From: Octopus vulgaris
Taxonomy: Eukaryota
Length of the DNA stretch: 64,000 bases
Direction: 5' to 3'
NCBI GenBank assembly: GCA_951406725.2
Contig: OX597835.1
Location: forward strand, 18,290,001 to 18,354,000
Part shown: positions 40,476 through 53,860 of the stretch, piece after piece
Position numbering within the stretch: the stretch's first letter is position 1
Layout: every line of letters begins with the position of its first letter
The notes under the pieces: generated by a model
Seen by the model: only the letters and a program-made list of their open reading frames with translations
The model's database searches: none
What the model was told of the DNA's origin: nothing
Made by a program: the position numbers and the translations under genes

Positions 40476-41214
40476 GAAACTTTTTAGAAGGTAAAAGATA
40501 ATCGACATTGCTTTAGTAGAAGAAGCGTTTCTTTCAATGCCTGAATACTTTTAAAACATTTCCGATGGCTTCGTTTCCATCGCAGTTTTTAAAGAAAAAT
40601 AGCAGTACAACCATCTACCTTTTGCATCGTACTTGATAAATTGCAAGTTCCATGATATTACTATATTTGCCTTGGTACATATTTCTGTTCTTGATCCACC
40701 TGTCACGCATCTGTAAGTGTACTTAAACTGTTCATATATTATCCGTGTATTGGTCAGCGTGAGAAAAATCAAACCCTCGTAGGCTCTTTATTTGTAAATT
40801 TACTGTCCAGTAATTCCTTGCCATATCGCTTTTCACCTATCACGGTTACTTATTGAAGCTTACAGCGATTAACCCATGGTGTTGTTTTGCATTTATATTA
40901 AAAAAAAAACATATACAAATTATAAAAATAATAAAGAAGTATGCACAGTAATGCCCGCGATAGTCGGGGGATTATTGTACTTCAGTTGTATACCATAGAT
41001 CAGTGTCTGCCACATTTCTTTTCCCTTACGTCACACTGAGCGAAGAGAATTTATTTTGCGGCACACCAAATAAAAATCCCAAGAAAATTGAATTTACTTT
41101 ATTAGAATGAGTAAAAATAAAGAAATTCTTATTGTAGTAACAATAGAATAATATGGTTTTATGAACATATATACATATAATACAATAGTAAGATTTTAGT
41201 GAGAAAGATCAATC

Positions 41215-43390
41215 TATTCTGAGAATGAATTTTGTCATAACCTGGCTCTAAATTTGATAAACAAGTACTTAAATTCTCATGTACCATTTGTAATCGTTTC
41301 GGTCTTTTTATTTTTACTTCATTTCCATAAGCTCAGAGATACCTAATTGCCCCAGATTCGAAGATCCAAAGGGCAACAGAGGTTTAACAGCTGTTATAGC
41401 TAGTCGATGATATTGGCTCCAAAGAGGAATCGAAAATTCTGACAAGTGTAGCACAGAAAATGAGGCTATGTGCACAGGATTGCTTTTCAAGTCTAATAAA
41501 TTGTCTTCTGTTAATGTGAATGGCAGGTGTGTACTGTCGTATCTTGCGAAAAGATTGATGACTTACTCGGAAATTTGATAATGACATCAAGGAATCTACT
41601 TTGAAAATAGTACAGAGCGGTTTTCTACTGTCTTCTGTAATTCTGAGAAGATTTCAAATCTGTTTGGAAAAGCCTCTACGCCTGAGAAGCAATCAAGCTG
41701 TTTTCCTTCTCCACTGTTCTAACTTGGCGGTGAAAGACTTTAATTTACCTGTAATTGTAATAATATTTTCGTTCGCTCTTTGCAGACTCAAGTTTAAAAC
41801 GTTCAACTTCTTAAAAAAGATCATTGAGAACTGCTACTTCCAGCTGCCAATTATCATCGTTAAGAAATTCGAATCCAGAATTTTCATCAACGAAGAAACA
41901 TATTATTTCATTTTGTAAAGAGATAACTCGAGAAAGCACTTTTTCTTTTCGAGAGCCATCGCACTTCTGTCTGAAGCAGTACACACTTAAAATCAGATTC
42001 TATACTTTCACATACGAATCAAAAGTGTCTGCACCGCAACGAATACGATTTTATGTAATTCAACACTTTAGCAACGTTGTCCAACGCCTTCAGGAGGCAA
42101 TCAGGTAGAGATTCGGACGCCAAAATTCGCGGTGAATCATGCAATGTACAATTTTAACATGTAAACTTTTTAAATAATAAGCCATAAATCCTTTTTATCG
42201 ACCATGCATAGATGGAGCGCCATAAGAGCAAATGCTAATATAAGTTTGCCACTGCATCTCTCTCAATACAACATCTTGGTTTAACAGGTTGAAGTCATGA
42301 TCCTGTCTTTTTTTCCTTTCAATTCACAACAAAGCGATAAATGGTTTATGATTTTAGCACGTCTGATGATTCGCAGAACTGAAATTAGTTGAGCTTTGTT
42401 GCTGGTGTCTGTACTTTCATTGCAAGGCCCACAGGATTTCGAGTTCATACATTTTTTGCTTCAGTTCGCAGAACTTATCATCAACGAGAAATCGTGTGGG
42501 TAGATAAAGGAATGGTCTTAATTTGTTTGATTCTTTCATCACAAATCATTGTTCCAACGGCGATCTCCAAGGCTATTTTCGACATCAGAATGTGATGTTT
42601 TTCTTATTTACCAAAAGCTGAGCAAGCTTGTAACTAGCAATTTGAGATATCTCGGGAATTGAGTGAAATTTCTTCAGCCTTTTTGATTGAATTTTGCAAT
42701 TATTTCTTAGCCTCCCAAAGTATTCTCTTAGTTTTTCCTTACGTTGCAGATTATTTGTTATGAATTGATGTTGAAGTTTCCTGGGAACCATCACTTCATT
42801 TGAGAGAGTTGCTAAACAAATCATACAAAAAAGGAGTGGAGGCGCAATGGCCCAGTGGTTAGGGCAGCGGACTCGCGGTCATAGGATCGCGGTTTCGATT
42901 CCCAGACCGGGCGTTGTGAGTGTTTATTGAGCGAAAACACCTAAATAAGCTTCACGAGACTCCGACAGGGGATGGTGGTGATCCCTGCTGTACTCTTTCA
43001 CCACAACTTTCTCTCACTCTTACTTCCTGTTTCTGTTGTACCTGTATTTCAAAGGGCCGGCCTTCTCACTCTCTGTGTCACGCTGAATATCCCCGAGAAC
43101 TACGTTAAGGGTACACGTGTCTGTGGAGTGCTCAGCCACTTACACGTTAATTTCACGAGCAGGCTGTTCCGTTTGATCGGATCAACCGGAACCCTCGTCG
43201 TCGTAACCGACGGAGTGCTTCGACACAAATAAGGAACCGAATTGTCTTTTTCCGATAATATAAACGCACTTTGGATGTAATATTCATTATATTTTCGTTT
43301 TGATGAGGTGGACATTTTATTCTGCTGTTTGTCTTGTTTACTATGACTCTCCTTCTCATTCTTCTGAGGTCGCAATAAAAATTTGTCCAT
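41215..43390 (-). pseudogene. hAT Buster/ZBED5-SCAND3-like transposase pseudogene
   Basis: MDKFL..KRKYNEYYI; BED-finger P.LCMIC..LSNE.M.P.KL (split by SINE B); IC.YGAPSM.G; VHCMIHRE; LLQTEVRWLS; LLPF..ESG. Many stops and frameshifts. Confidence 0.88.
42836..43224 (+). mobile_element. SINE family B, full length, inserted in the hAT BED finger
   Basis: tRNA A/B-box-like head; TSD acaaa(a/t)aagga at 42825-42835 / 43225-43235. Confidence 0.93.
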
Positions 43391-43799
43391 GTTTAAATCT
43401 AAAACTAAAAATCGATTAAAATTAGCATAAAATAATTTCTGTAAATCATAAATAAATCTACGATGTTACCACATAAATACTAACACACTCGACTGAAATA
43501 CGGAACGCTAACAGTACGAGAAACGGTGAAGAAGTTTCAAAATATCAGTAATGCAATACAAAGTATTGCCTTCCAGTAAAAAGTAGCCCGTGAGGGAAAA
43601 GTACAGAAATTAGTAAATAAATGGCACAACTAAGTACCGATATTTACTGGAAATACCGAACGTAAAAATACGACGCTAATGTGTAGCTTCACCGCGTATG
43701 TATTAGTAAAAATGCGTGTGTGCAACAAAATAGAGAAAAAAAACCGTCTTACCTCCAGGGAGAACATCTGAAAGATGAAACACCCGGAAAATGGATATG

Positions 43800-44113
43800 T
43801 GGAGGCGCAATGGCCCAGTGGTTAGGGCAGCGGTTTCGATTCCCAGACCGGGCGTTGTGAGTGTTTATTGAGCGAAAACACCTAAAGCTCCACGAGTCCC
43901 CGGCCGGGATGGTGGTGATCCCTGCTGTACTCTTTCACAACTTTCTCTCACTATTACTTCCTCTTTCTGTTGTACCGTATTTCAAAGGGCCGGCCTTGTC
44001 ACTCTCTGTGTCACGCTGAATATCCCCGAGAACTACGTTAAGGGTACACGTGTCTGTGGAGTGCTTACACGTTAATTTCACGAGCAGGCTGTTCCGTAAC
44101 CGACGGAGTGCTT
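43800..44113 (+). mobile_element. SINE family B with several internal deletions
   Basis: Colinear with 42836-43224 but lacking three short segments. Confidence 0.9.
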
Positions 44114-44174
44114 AAAGAAGAAAGAATATATATATATATACATATATACACCACATGCATATATATACATATAT

Positions 44175-44342
44175 ATGACGGGCTTCTATCACTTTTCAGT
44201 TTCTGTCTACCAAATCCAATCACAAGGCTTTAGTCGGCCAGTGGCTATAGTGGAAGACACTTACCGAAGGTGTCACGCAGTGGTGCTGAACCTGGAGTCA
44301 TGTGGTTGGTAAGCAAGCAACTTCACGCACAGTCACTCCTAT
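44175..44342 (-). mobile_element. SINE family A 5' half
   Basis: tctaccaaatcca..cacaagg..gctatag..gaagacactt..catgtggttggtaagcaagc. Confidence 0.8.
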
Positions 44343-44749
44343 AAGTAAATTGTTTAGTAGTCGTATTAGTTTTTAATTTTTGATTTATTTATATTTTCAT
44401 TCGTCGTGTACCTTTATTAATTTTTTTATACCATAGTTTACGATATATATAATTAATTTATATTTATGCTCGAACTTTGCAAATGTTCCTGAAAACTCCA
44501 CTGTGCCGCGGCACACAGTTTGTGGGAGTCACTGCCATAAGTGATCAGTTACGTAAATTCTCACATCTATTCCAGCTATTTCTCTTATTTCTAAGTAAAA
44601 TCGGATCTATCATACATTAAAACCAGAAATTCTGTTACAGGAGTGATATTCTTCGATGTTCAACGCCGGATATGAATGACAAAGATTAATCTTTAAATAT
44701 ATTAATAATGAAGGCTTGATATTCAAATAGCAGTACTGCTATCATACAT

Positions 44750-45140
44750 CTATTTCAATCGTAAGTCAGTGGCCGTACTGGAGCATCACCTTGGGGAATT
44801 TTAATCGAACTGATCGACCCAAGTTCTTAATTTATTTAAACCTGGTATTTGTTCAATTGGTCAAGGTAGCTGAAACGTTGCGTAACGTGGGGTAGGTATT
44901 CAAACCAAAACCTTTTCTGTAGCGGTGCTGGGAGACAAACACATACAAAAACTCATACACGACATACGGACACACATATACACACGTACACACACAAATA
45001 TGAGACGGGCTACTTTCAGCATCCTACAGTCAACATCACTTAGGCCTAAGGCTATAGAAGAGACCACTTGCACAAGGGCCAACTGAATTCGGGGCCATGT
45101 GGCTGGGAGATAAACTTCTTACCACACGACCGTCCAGTAT
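44750..45140 (-). mobile_element. Old diverged SINE family A
   Basis: ctggagca tail, gatcgacccaag, ggctatagaagagaccacttgc and cttaccacac head. Confidence 0.6.
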
Positions 45141-45661
45141 CCACAGATTTAGAAGTTGAGAAAAGTAATTCTTGTAAAAGCATTAAGATATTTAATTAAA
45201 ATATTCCGACAACTTAATCAAGCATTTTCAGGGAAGCATTGTAACCTACAGGTCTGTATATATTCGTGCTAAATATTTATTACTTACTTAAAAGAATGTA
45301 TATTAAATGACTCGACATTGCATGATTTAAATGTCAAGCTTTTAAGAGAGAAATACGACGATCATAGACGTGATGCTAGGAAGAAAAATAAAACAAGCGA
45401 AACAGTTTTCAAAGATAAAACAAGTTTTAAATATTATCGATCGTTATTTTTTTATAGAAGCAAGAACATCGCTGCACGAATTTCTAATATTATTTCAAGT
45501 ATAGAATGGTTTTAGGATGGAATTGATTAAAATAAAGTCAAAAACCGAATGAAAATAATGGGTAAAGTATAATGTAACTATTTGTTTATATATCTATATA
45601 GCGACCAACGTGTCTAAGAATATATCAATAATATATAGATTTATCTCTCTCCGTCCCTACC

Positions 45662-45713
<52 letters not shown>

Positions 45714-45957
45714 TATATAGACGCATACATATATATATATTCACATATATATGTATATATATTTTATATATACACACACATGTATTCACACACACACATA
45801 AATATATATACATAATCACACATATACATACATATATATAATGATATACATACATATACATAGATATCGATATCAATATAAATATATATATATATATAAT
45901 CGTACACATAACATACACACGCGCGCGCATAAAATATGTGATATATATATATGTATA

Positions 45958-45993
<36 letters not shown>

Positions 45994-46620
45994 TGTATGT
46001 ATGTATGTATGTATATGTATATGTATACGAGTGTTATGTGTTTCTGAATGAATTTGCGTGTATAAATGCAGGAGTAAAATGAGATGAAACGGTTTAAAGT
46101 AAAATAAACCAAAATATAGCGAATTCCGCAAGAAATTAAGGAAAAAGAAGTTTTGTTATATGAAATCAAATGCAAACGTTTTCTTTTGTTTGGATCAGGA
46201 AATGCGGAGAATTAAAATTACAACAGATAAGATTATTTATTGTGTTTTATTTCGGATACGAAGCAAGAAAAAATTTGTTGGAAGTTCGAAGTAATTGATT
46301 TTCTTTCTCATATTATTCCTTTCTATTTATATTTTTATAAGTGTGACTTGATTTGCTTTTGTGCTTTCTTTACATTCATTGAAATATAAAAGCGAAATAG
46401 AAAAATAATATTCCTCGCACACTCGAATTTTGATTTCCTGAAGGAAATAAATATTACTTCCACACCCAAATAAAGTAGGAAAAAAGTAGAAAACCCAGGG
46501 TAAGTTTCTAAATATATTTCCTTTGGTGCAATATCTCACTCTCTCTCTCTATCTATCTCTCTATCTATCTATCTATCTATCTACCTATTTATCTCTCTAT
46601 CTCTCTACCTATCTATTTAT

Positions 46621-46739
<119 letters not shown>

Positions 46740-46845
46740 TCATATATACATACATATTTTTGTATGTATATAGAAAGAATATATATATATAGAAGAACAT
46801 ATATACAATGTATATAAAAAACAATATATATATATATATTTATAC

Positions 46846-46894
<49 letters not shown>

Positions 46895-47587
46895 TTTATA
46901 TGTATATTTGTATGTAAGTATGTATATATATATATATACTTATATACGCATATGTATATATATACATATGTTTCTGTGTGTGTATATATATATATGTGTA
47001 TATATATATGTGTATATACATATATATACATATATATATATAGTTGTATATATGAATTCAAATATGCACTTTCTGACCTCTCCAGACACTATCCCTCCAC
47101 ACACATGTTTATATACATTCAGATTGAAATCGCTTGATGAAAATAACTACTAAGATTCTCATGTGTATTCCTATATATCCAAGTATAAACCTGCGAAGAA
47201 TTCTTACTAAAGTGAAATACTTCTTTCACTGGAATATATATTTTCAAGGAGCAAAGAATAGATTTGCATTAAAAAAAATCGAAAATAGGCAAATTCCCCC
47301 ACCAATACAAGCAAAAACAACCACCCCTCCTCCAATAAAAGAAATGAAAACAAATAAAAAGGGAGAAAATGTGTGTTCTTCGTTGTTTTCGTAACTAATC
47401 TCATGGTCGCTGATACCACAAAACACTCTGGAATTAAGTATAAGGCATAAAGTTAACTAACGAAATATCAACACGAACCCCCGAAGATTTGAAAACGCAA
47501 TGTTATATTTTCTGTGTATAAAGTATTTCTATTATTTATAAAATCTCCTTAACATTGATGTAATCCAATAATATGGATTATTTACCA

Positions 47588-47961
47588 CTAGCATTATCGC
47601 CTGACGTTGCTCGGGTTTGTAAGGGAAATAACTATATAAGCATTTTTAAAGAGTTATAGCCAAAAATAGCAAAAAAATGCATTAAAAATGGAAAAAAAAA
47701 ACGATGGTAAATTTTTTTTTTAAATCGTTGACTCACCGTAGATATTTAGAGAGAGTTACTTCCCTTATATAATAGCGACAAAAATGCATTAAATGGAAAA
47801 AAAATGAGGGTAATTTTTTTTTAATTGTAGACTCATCGTAGACGCGCGCTAATACCCAGAAAGGCTCGATATGAATCACGACTATAAGATACCCGATTTT
47901 GTTTAAACTGCACCGCAAAATGTGGGAGACAGACACACAACTTCCCTTTTATATATAAAGA
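47588..47961 (-). mobile_element. Non-autonomous Helitron
   Basis: Reverse complement begins a|TCtttatatataaaa and ends acccgagcaacgtcagg..gCTAG|t: A/T insertion site, degenerate subterminal hairpin, no TSD. Second copy at 52213-52613. Confidence 0.82.
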
Positions 47962-48790
47962 TATGTTAAGCAGGTTCGTGTTTGTGATGTATGGGTAGAG
48001 ATTTCTGCGCACCCGATAGTCAAACCAAATTCTCTCGTATTATATATGGATTATATATGGTATTATGTGCTCGTAATGCTTCGTGACATTTCGTCTGTCT
48101 TTACGTTCTCGGTTCAATTTCCGCTGAGGTCGACTTTACCGTTAATTCGTTCGGGGTCGATTCGATAGAAATATATACCATTTGAATACTGGAGTCGATA
48201 TAATCGACCTAGTCCCTCCCACAAAACTGCTGCATTTGTGCCAAAAATTTAAAACCTCACAATCACAAAGGAAGGGATTTTAAATGCAGTAAGACACCAG
48301 GCAGATTTTGAATTCAGGAACATAACTTACGAGCAGAGATGACTTAACATATCGAATATTAGGAAACATTTGGAATAGTGTAGAATTAGCAATCGTAATT
48401 GTACTCCATTCGATTGATAAATCCAGACGTATCTCGATGCACACATATTCACACACACAAAGATAATAGGTTTATCCCCAGTTAAATGCGGATGTTCTAT
48501 TCGACCAGACTATACTGCAGTAGTTAGCATTTGTTCTAAGAGAACGTCCAGGTTTAAATGGCTATAGATATTTTACTACTGCCTCTATCGCTAAAATATA
48601 TCTTAAAATATGTTTCTACTTTCACTTCGATGAGAAAATATTTGTATATTTAGTCTTTATATACATTGTATATACAAAATTAATAATCAGAGATTGTTTG
48701 CAAATGCCATATACACCCTAACGTTGGTGTATAATCATAAATATACGCATACTTTCTACGTATGTACGGTGGACAGCGGCACACGATATA

Positions 48791-49355
48791 TGGGGTTGTC
48801 CGGAAAGTTCGTGCCGACTTTTAAAGGAAAAAGGTCAGTAAATACTTGCCATTATATCTTAATCAACCAAATATGAACCATTTTCTTGCACAATGCATCT
48901 CCATCTTTCCTTTTAGTTGAAAATACCATCTTCCCAGAATTGAGGTGGTTTCATGGCCAAGAATTCATCACGGTATCTTTTTACGTCATCCAAGGAATTG
49001 AAATTTTTACCATTAAGTATATTCTGCAGAGACCTGAATAAGTGGAAAGTCGAAGGAGCAATATCTGGTGAATATGGATGGTCGAGTAATACATCCCAGC
49101 CGAGCTGCAGCAATTTTTGTTTAGTTCCCAAAACATCAAGTGCCGAAAAAGAACTTTCTTATCTTCCATTTTAAAGGGTTACAGAATTAACACAGATTAT
49201 AGGAACATAAACCTTCTTCCACGAAAAGATAGCTTAAACCTACTGTGCTCTAAATGGAAGTGTAGTCAAATCCTATTTTATGGACTCAACCATGTTCTAA
49301 AATAAGTCGAAAGGTAAGCTACTATAAATCAGCACGAACTTTCCAGACAACCCTA
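48791..49355 (-). mobile_element. Non-autonomous mariner, intact 565-bp copy
   Basis: TIRs and TA flanks; MEDKKVLFRHLMFW fused to TKQKLLQLGWDVLLDHPYSPDIAPSTFHLFRSLQNILNG. Confidence 0.93.
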
Positions 49356-50292
49356 TATATATAAAGAGTCCAGAAACTGTACATGATGTGTATCTATTCA
49401 CTTTCAATCACAAATTCTCTCTCTACATTCAGTCAAGTCAAACTCTACACACTTTATCCGCAGAACAATCACGCACTTTGATATATGAAATCACCAACTA
49501 TACACTAGGCGCATAACCAATGAAAATCCATATACTGTGTGTATATATCCAATTAACAATCATAATCAGCGGGTGTCTACAAAAGAGCTGCGTCTCTATA
49601 TTTAGACGGTTTCACATCCATTGTATTACTTACTGCGATTTGTCCAAGAATTTTCCGTCCAGTTACATAAACTAATATATCAATATTATTAGAGTAAATT
49701 AAAACATCTATAGAATGTAGTTATATATATATACAGATGTACCTGGTGATGGCAAACGCTGTTTGCTTAGCAAAATCAATATCGTTCACATAGTAATTTA
49801 TAGAGAGAGAGAGAGTTAAATTTGGAGACTATAATTATAACATTTATTTAGTTCGTGTAACAAGAGAAACACCATAATTAAAAGTAGAAAGCGTGGCACT
49901 GGTATGTGTCTAATTGATTCTAGACCAAATTGTTGTATTAGAAATCTTGTATGGAAACGATATTCCACCTAATATCATGCTGGTTATGATTCTTTTAGAA
50001 TAACTGGTAAGCCGTAAAATTTAATAAACATGGAACAGCAGCATCCGTATAAGTAGATATTGACCATTTTCGAGTGAGGTTTAATTAACACAGTTCATAA
50101 CAATTCAATTGATACATTATAGATTCTTTGCACATTCAACAGTGTTCAAAGGTTCTACAATTCATTATTGTTCCTGGAGAGAGACTGTAGTGTCACCAAG
50201 TCTGTAGAATGATAAGGTGCTAAAAGGTTTTAGCAGCAGTAGTGTAAACCATAACGTCCATAATTCTTTTGTTATAAGCATACCCACACACG

Positions 50293-50343
<51 letters not shown>

Positions 50344-50525
50344 ACATATATATATATCTATATATATATATATATATATCCATCTATCTACCTACCTCTC
50401 TCTTTCTCTCCATCTCTCTCACAGACATAATCTCCTTCCTACACCCGCCCTTACATTCTCCCTTTCCTAATGCATACATACACATATACATACACACAAA
50501 CACACACGCCTATATATACCTGCAT

Positions 50526-50572
<47 letters not shown>

Positions 50573-50631
50573 GTGTGTGTGTGTCTGTGTCTGTGTGTGC
50601 GTATATATATATATATATGTGTGTTTGTGTG

Positions 50632-50685
<54 letters not shown>

Positions 50686-52212
50686 GCAAGTACATAAGTG
50701 TGTATCAGTGGAAATCAACAGCTGCATACATAAATAAATAATCGAAATCAAGGTGAAAAGACAATTTAAGATCAGTTACTGCGATTTCATCTGGCGAAGT
50801 ATCAAAATGTACAAAGATATACGTACACACATACACACACACGTACTCATATACTTATATATATATAAATGCATGTATACGCACATATACAAACACATTG
50901 ATACACATACGTATGTGTATTCACGTATGTGTTTATATAAACCATTTTTGTCTGTGTATGTCTTTTTATATACATGTTTATTTTATATGTATGTTATTAT
51001 TATTCAGAAGAAATTACGCGTGACTTAATAAGTGTAGCTGATTAAATTTTTACCATACATAACACTGAAAAAAAACATGAAGATTAACCTGAACTTGTAA
51101 GGTTATTAATCCTGCGCTAATTTAGAATATGTCCGTAAATCTAGCACATTCTAAAAACCAGATTGTAATAAATTTAAACTGAAACAGCAATTGAATAAGA
51201 AAATTATTGTATTCGTCTATCACAATATTATCAGTAGCGAAAATAGATATAAATTAATTTAATCCAACATCTTCAAATGCGGGTGACTCATTTTGCCCGT
51301 GCCCCTTCAAGTAAATGGATTTCAATTTCAGAGGAAAGATAGCAACCATTCCTGGTATTCTGGTGTACCAGAAAGCATCTACTACAAAGTTCATCGCTGT
51401 TACTGTGTGGGGGTGAAAAATCTCTGTTAATAAGGACTGTGCCAGCGGAGCACAAGTTAGGGCCTTGAAAGGTCAAACGATAGAGTACTGAAGATAAATG
51501 GACCATCATTTTTCAGAGATAAAATTGGATTTGCATGATATATCATCCCTACCTGAAACAAAGCAAAGTGTCAGAAGCGTCACTGACAATTCAAAACCAG
51601 CAAGATCAGAGAGAGGACATATGAAAAGGGGCTTCTCTAAAAATAGACAGAAAGTGGGCGCTAAGGTAGATTTGAAATTCAAAAATTCACCTGTAGAGAA
51701 ATTGAAATCAAAGTCCAGAGTCGAGACCGTTCAGTCGCCTATGCTTTTCAGCTGAACTACCTATAGATGAAATACCTCAATGATAAATTTTATCCCCTCA
51801 TTTAACCTAAAACAGCAATCGAATAAGAAAATTATTGTATTTGACTATTTACAGTATTATCAATAACGAAAATAGACGATTATTTGGCGAAAGCAGATTT
51901 TATATATTGCGTAAATATGATGTAAATTTAAGTACCCTGTATAAACTGGTACAGTCCTGATGTTGTCGCGGACTTGGCTCTCAGTAACTGTTGACAGATT
52001 ATAAACCACAAAATATGATATCTTTTCATTATGTAGGAAAGATGGAATTGATCCCTACAAGCGGATTATTATCATATTACAGTGACTACTATTACAAACT
52101 TATGCAAAAGAGTATGTTTGAAGACTTTTGAAAAATGTAGGGAGACGTTTCACAAAATAAATACGATGTGGTCAATAAGTGAATACGACAAAAGTAATCG
52201 TATTACGTTATA

Positions 52213-52613
52213 TCTATATATATAAAACTGAAGTTGTGTGGTGTCTGTCTCCTACGATTTAGATTCCTAACTACTCCCACATTTTGCGGTGCAGTTTAGC
52301 CAAAAGCGGGTATCTTATAGTCGTGATTCATATCGAGCCCTTATGGGTAATAGCGCGCGTCTACGATCAGTCTACGATTTAAAAAAAAAAACCATCATTT
52401 TTTTCCATTTTTAATGCATTTTTTTGCTATTATATTAGGGAAGTAACTCTCTAAAAATGTCTACGATGAGTCTACGATTTAAAAAAAAATTACCATCATT
52501 TTTTTCCATTTTTAATGCATTTGTTTGCTATTATATAAGGGAAGTAACTCTCTAAAAATGCTTTTATAGTTTTTTCCCTTACAAACCCGAGCAACGCCGT
52601 GTGATACTGCTAG
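52213..52613 (+). mobile_element. Non-autonomous Helitron with an internal ~90-bp tandem duplication
   Basis: a|TCtatatatataaaa ... acccgagcaacgccgtgtgatactgCTAG|t. Confidence 0.85.
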
Positions 52614-52864
52614 TAGTTTATAATTTCTATTCTAAACTATTTCAAGAAAAAAATATCTTTATCAACTGAAAGAAAGCAAGTAATCGCCAGAGTTCGGAGG
52701 GAATGTTTTCCTCTTCAGAAAAAACAAAACAAAAACCAATTCAGTTGTGAGAAGAAGATCAAAGAAATTTCACTTGTGTTATTTAACTTCTTGCTTTTGC
52801 ACGGAGGGTACGAACTAGTAGATATAATCTACAGATAATGCTTTAAAGTATTATATGCGTAATA

Positions 52865-53130
52865 CCTTACAGACACGTGAACCCTTAACGTAGTTCACGG
52901 AGAGATTCAGCGTGACACTGATTGTGAAAAGGCTGGCCTTTTGAAATAGACGCACAACAGAAACATGAAGAAAGGGTGGGGAGAAATTTGTGGTGAAAGA
53001 GTATAACAAGGTTCGCTACCATTCCCTGTCGGAACATCGTGGAGCTTTAGGTTTCTTTGCTCAATAAACACCCACAACGCCCGGTCTAGGAATCGAAAGC
53101 TGCCCTGACCACTGAGCCATTGAACTTCCA
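52865..53130 (-). mobile_element. SINE family B, diverged and 3'-truncated
   Basis: cagacacgtgaacccttaacgtagtt..gctcaataaacacccacaacgcccggtct..gctgccct.accactg.gccattg. Confidence 0.8.
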
Positions 53131-53467
53131 CTATTACAGGTAATATATTGATGATGGGCATCAGGTTGTTACAGGCATTCAGCATCGCGAACAAATGCAA
53201 AGGAACATTATATTATCACGTATACCATATGTTGGATAAACCAATGTCGAATACGCAATTGTACTGGGAATGCATCATCATATGATTATATTATGCTAAG
53301 GGAATTTCCACGAAAGCTAATTAAAATAATATTAATTATTAATTTATATTATCTTCTGGGTTTCGCATAGTTATATCTTATTAAATTTGTGAATGTCAGG
53401 AGCATTAATTATGCATGAAATACAATGCAATATAAATATTCATACAAATATAAACACATACATATGA

Positions 53468-53507
<40 letters not shown>

Positions 53508-53637
53508 GTCAACTTACAAGGCTTTTGCAAGCCGAAGGCTATAGAATATACTACTCGACCTAGGCCCACGCAGTGAGACTCAACCCGAAACCGTGTGGCC
53601 GGGAGGAAAAATCCCTATCAAACAGCCACCCCTGCGC

Positions 53638-53681
<44 letters not shown>

Positions 53682-53707
53682 ATGTGTGTGTGTGTATTCA
53701 TACATAC

Positions 53708-53751
<44 letters not shown>

Positions 53752-53816
53752 GTTTAAATATTTGTTGTGCAAGATTTTTTATTGGCTAAACTGGCAATAT
53801 GACCATTCCGAAATAT

Positions 53817-53860
<44 letters not shown>

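Larger units (their letters stand above)
41001..44534 (-). mobile_element. Buster-type hAT DNA transposon, full-length but decayed, with nested SINEs
   Basis: Termini CAGTG...CACTG; subterminal gcggcacac motifs at both ends; flanks ccaTAgat / ccaTAagt fit the 8-bp nnnTAnnn TSD of Buster elements. Confidence 0.85.

Noticed and set aside
42838-42915. tRNA gene
   Set aside because: The A/B-box head continues into a SINE body with a TSD, with no proper cloverleaf end or T-run terminator; the same applies to the other SINE heads.
51061-51082. tgaaaaaaaacatg as a rhabdovirus-like gene junction
   Set aside because: Such A-runs are common in this AT-rich DNA, and it lies outside the bracketed insert.
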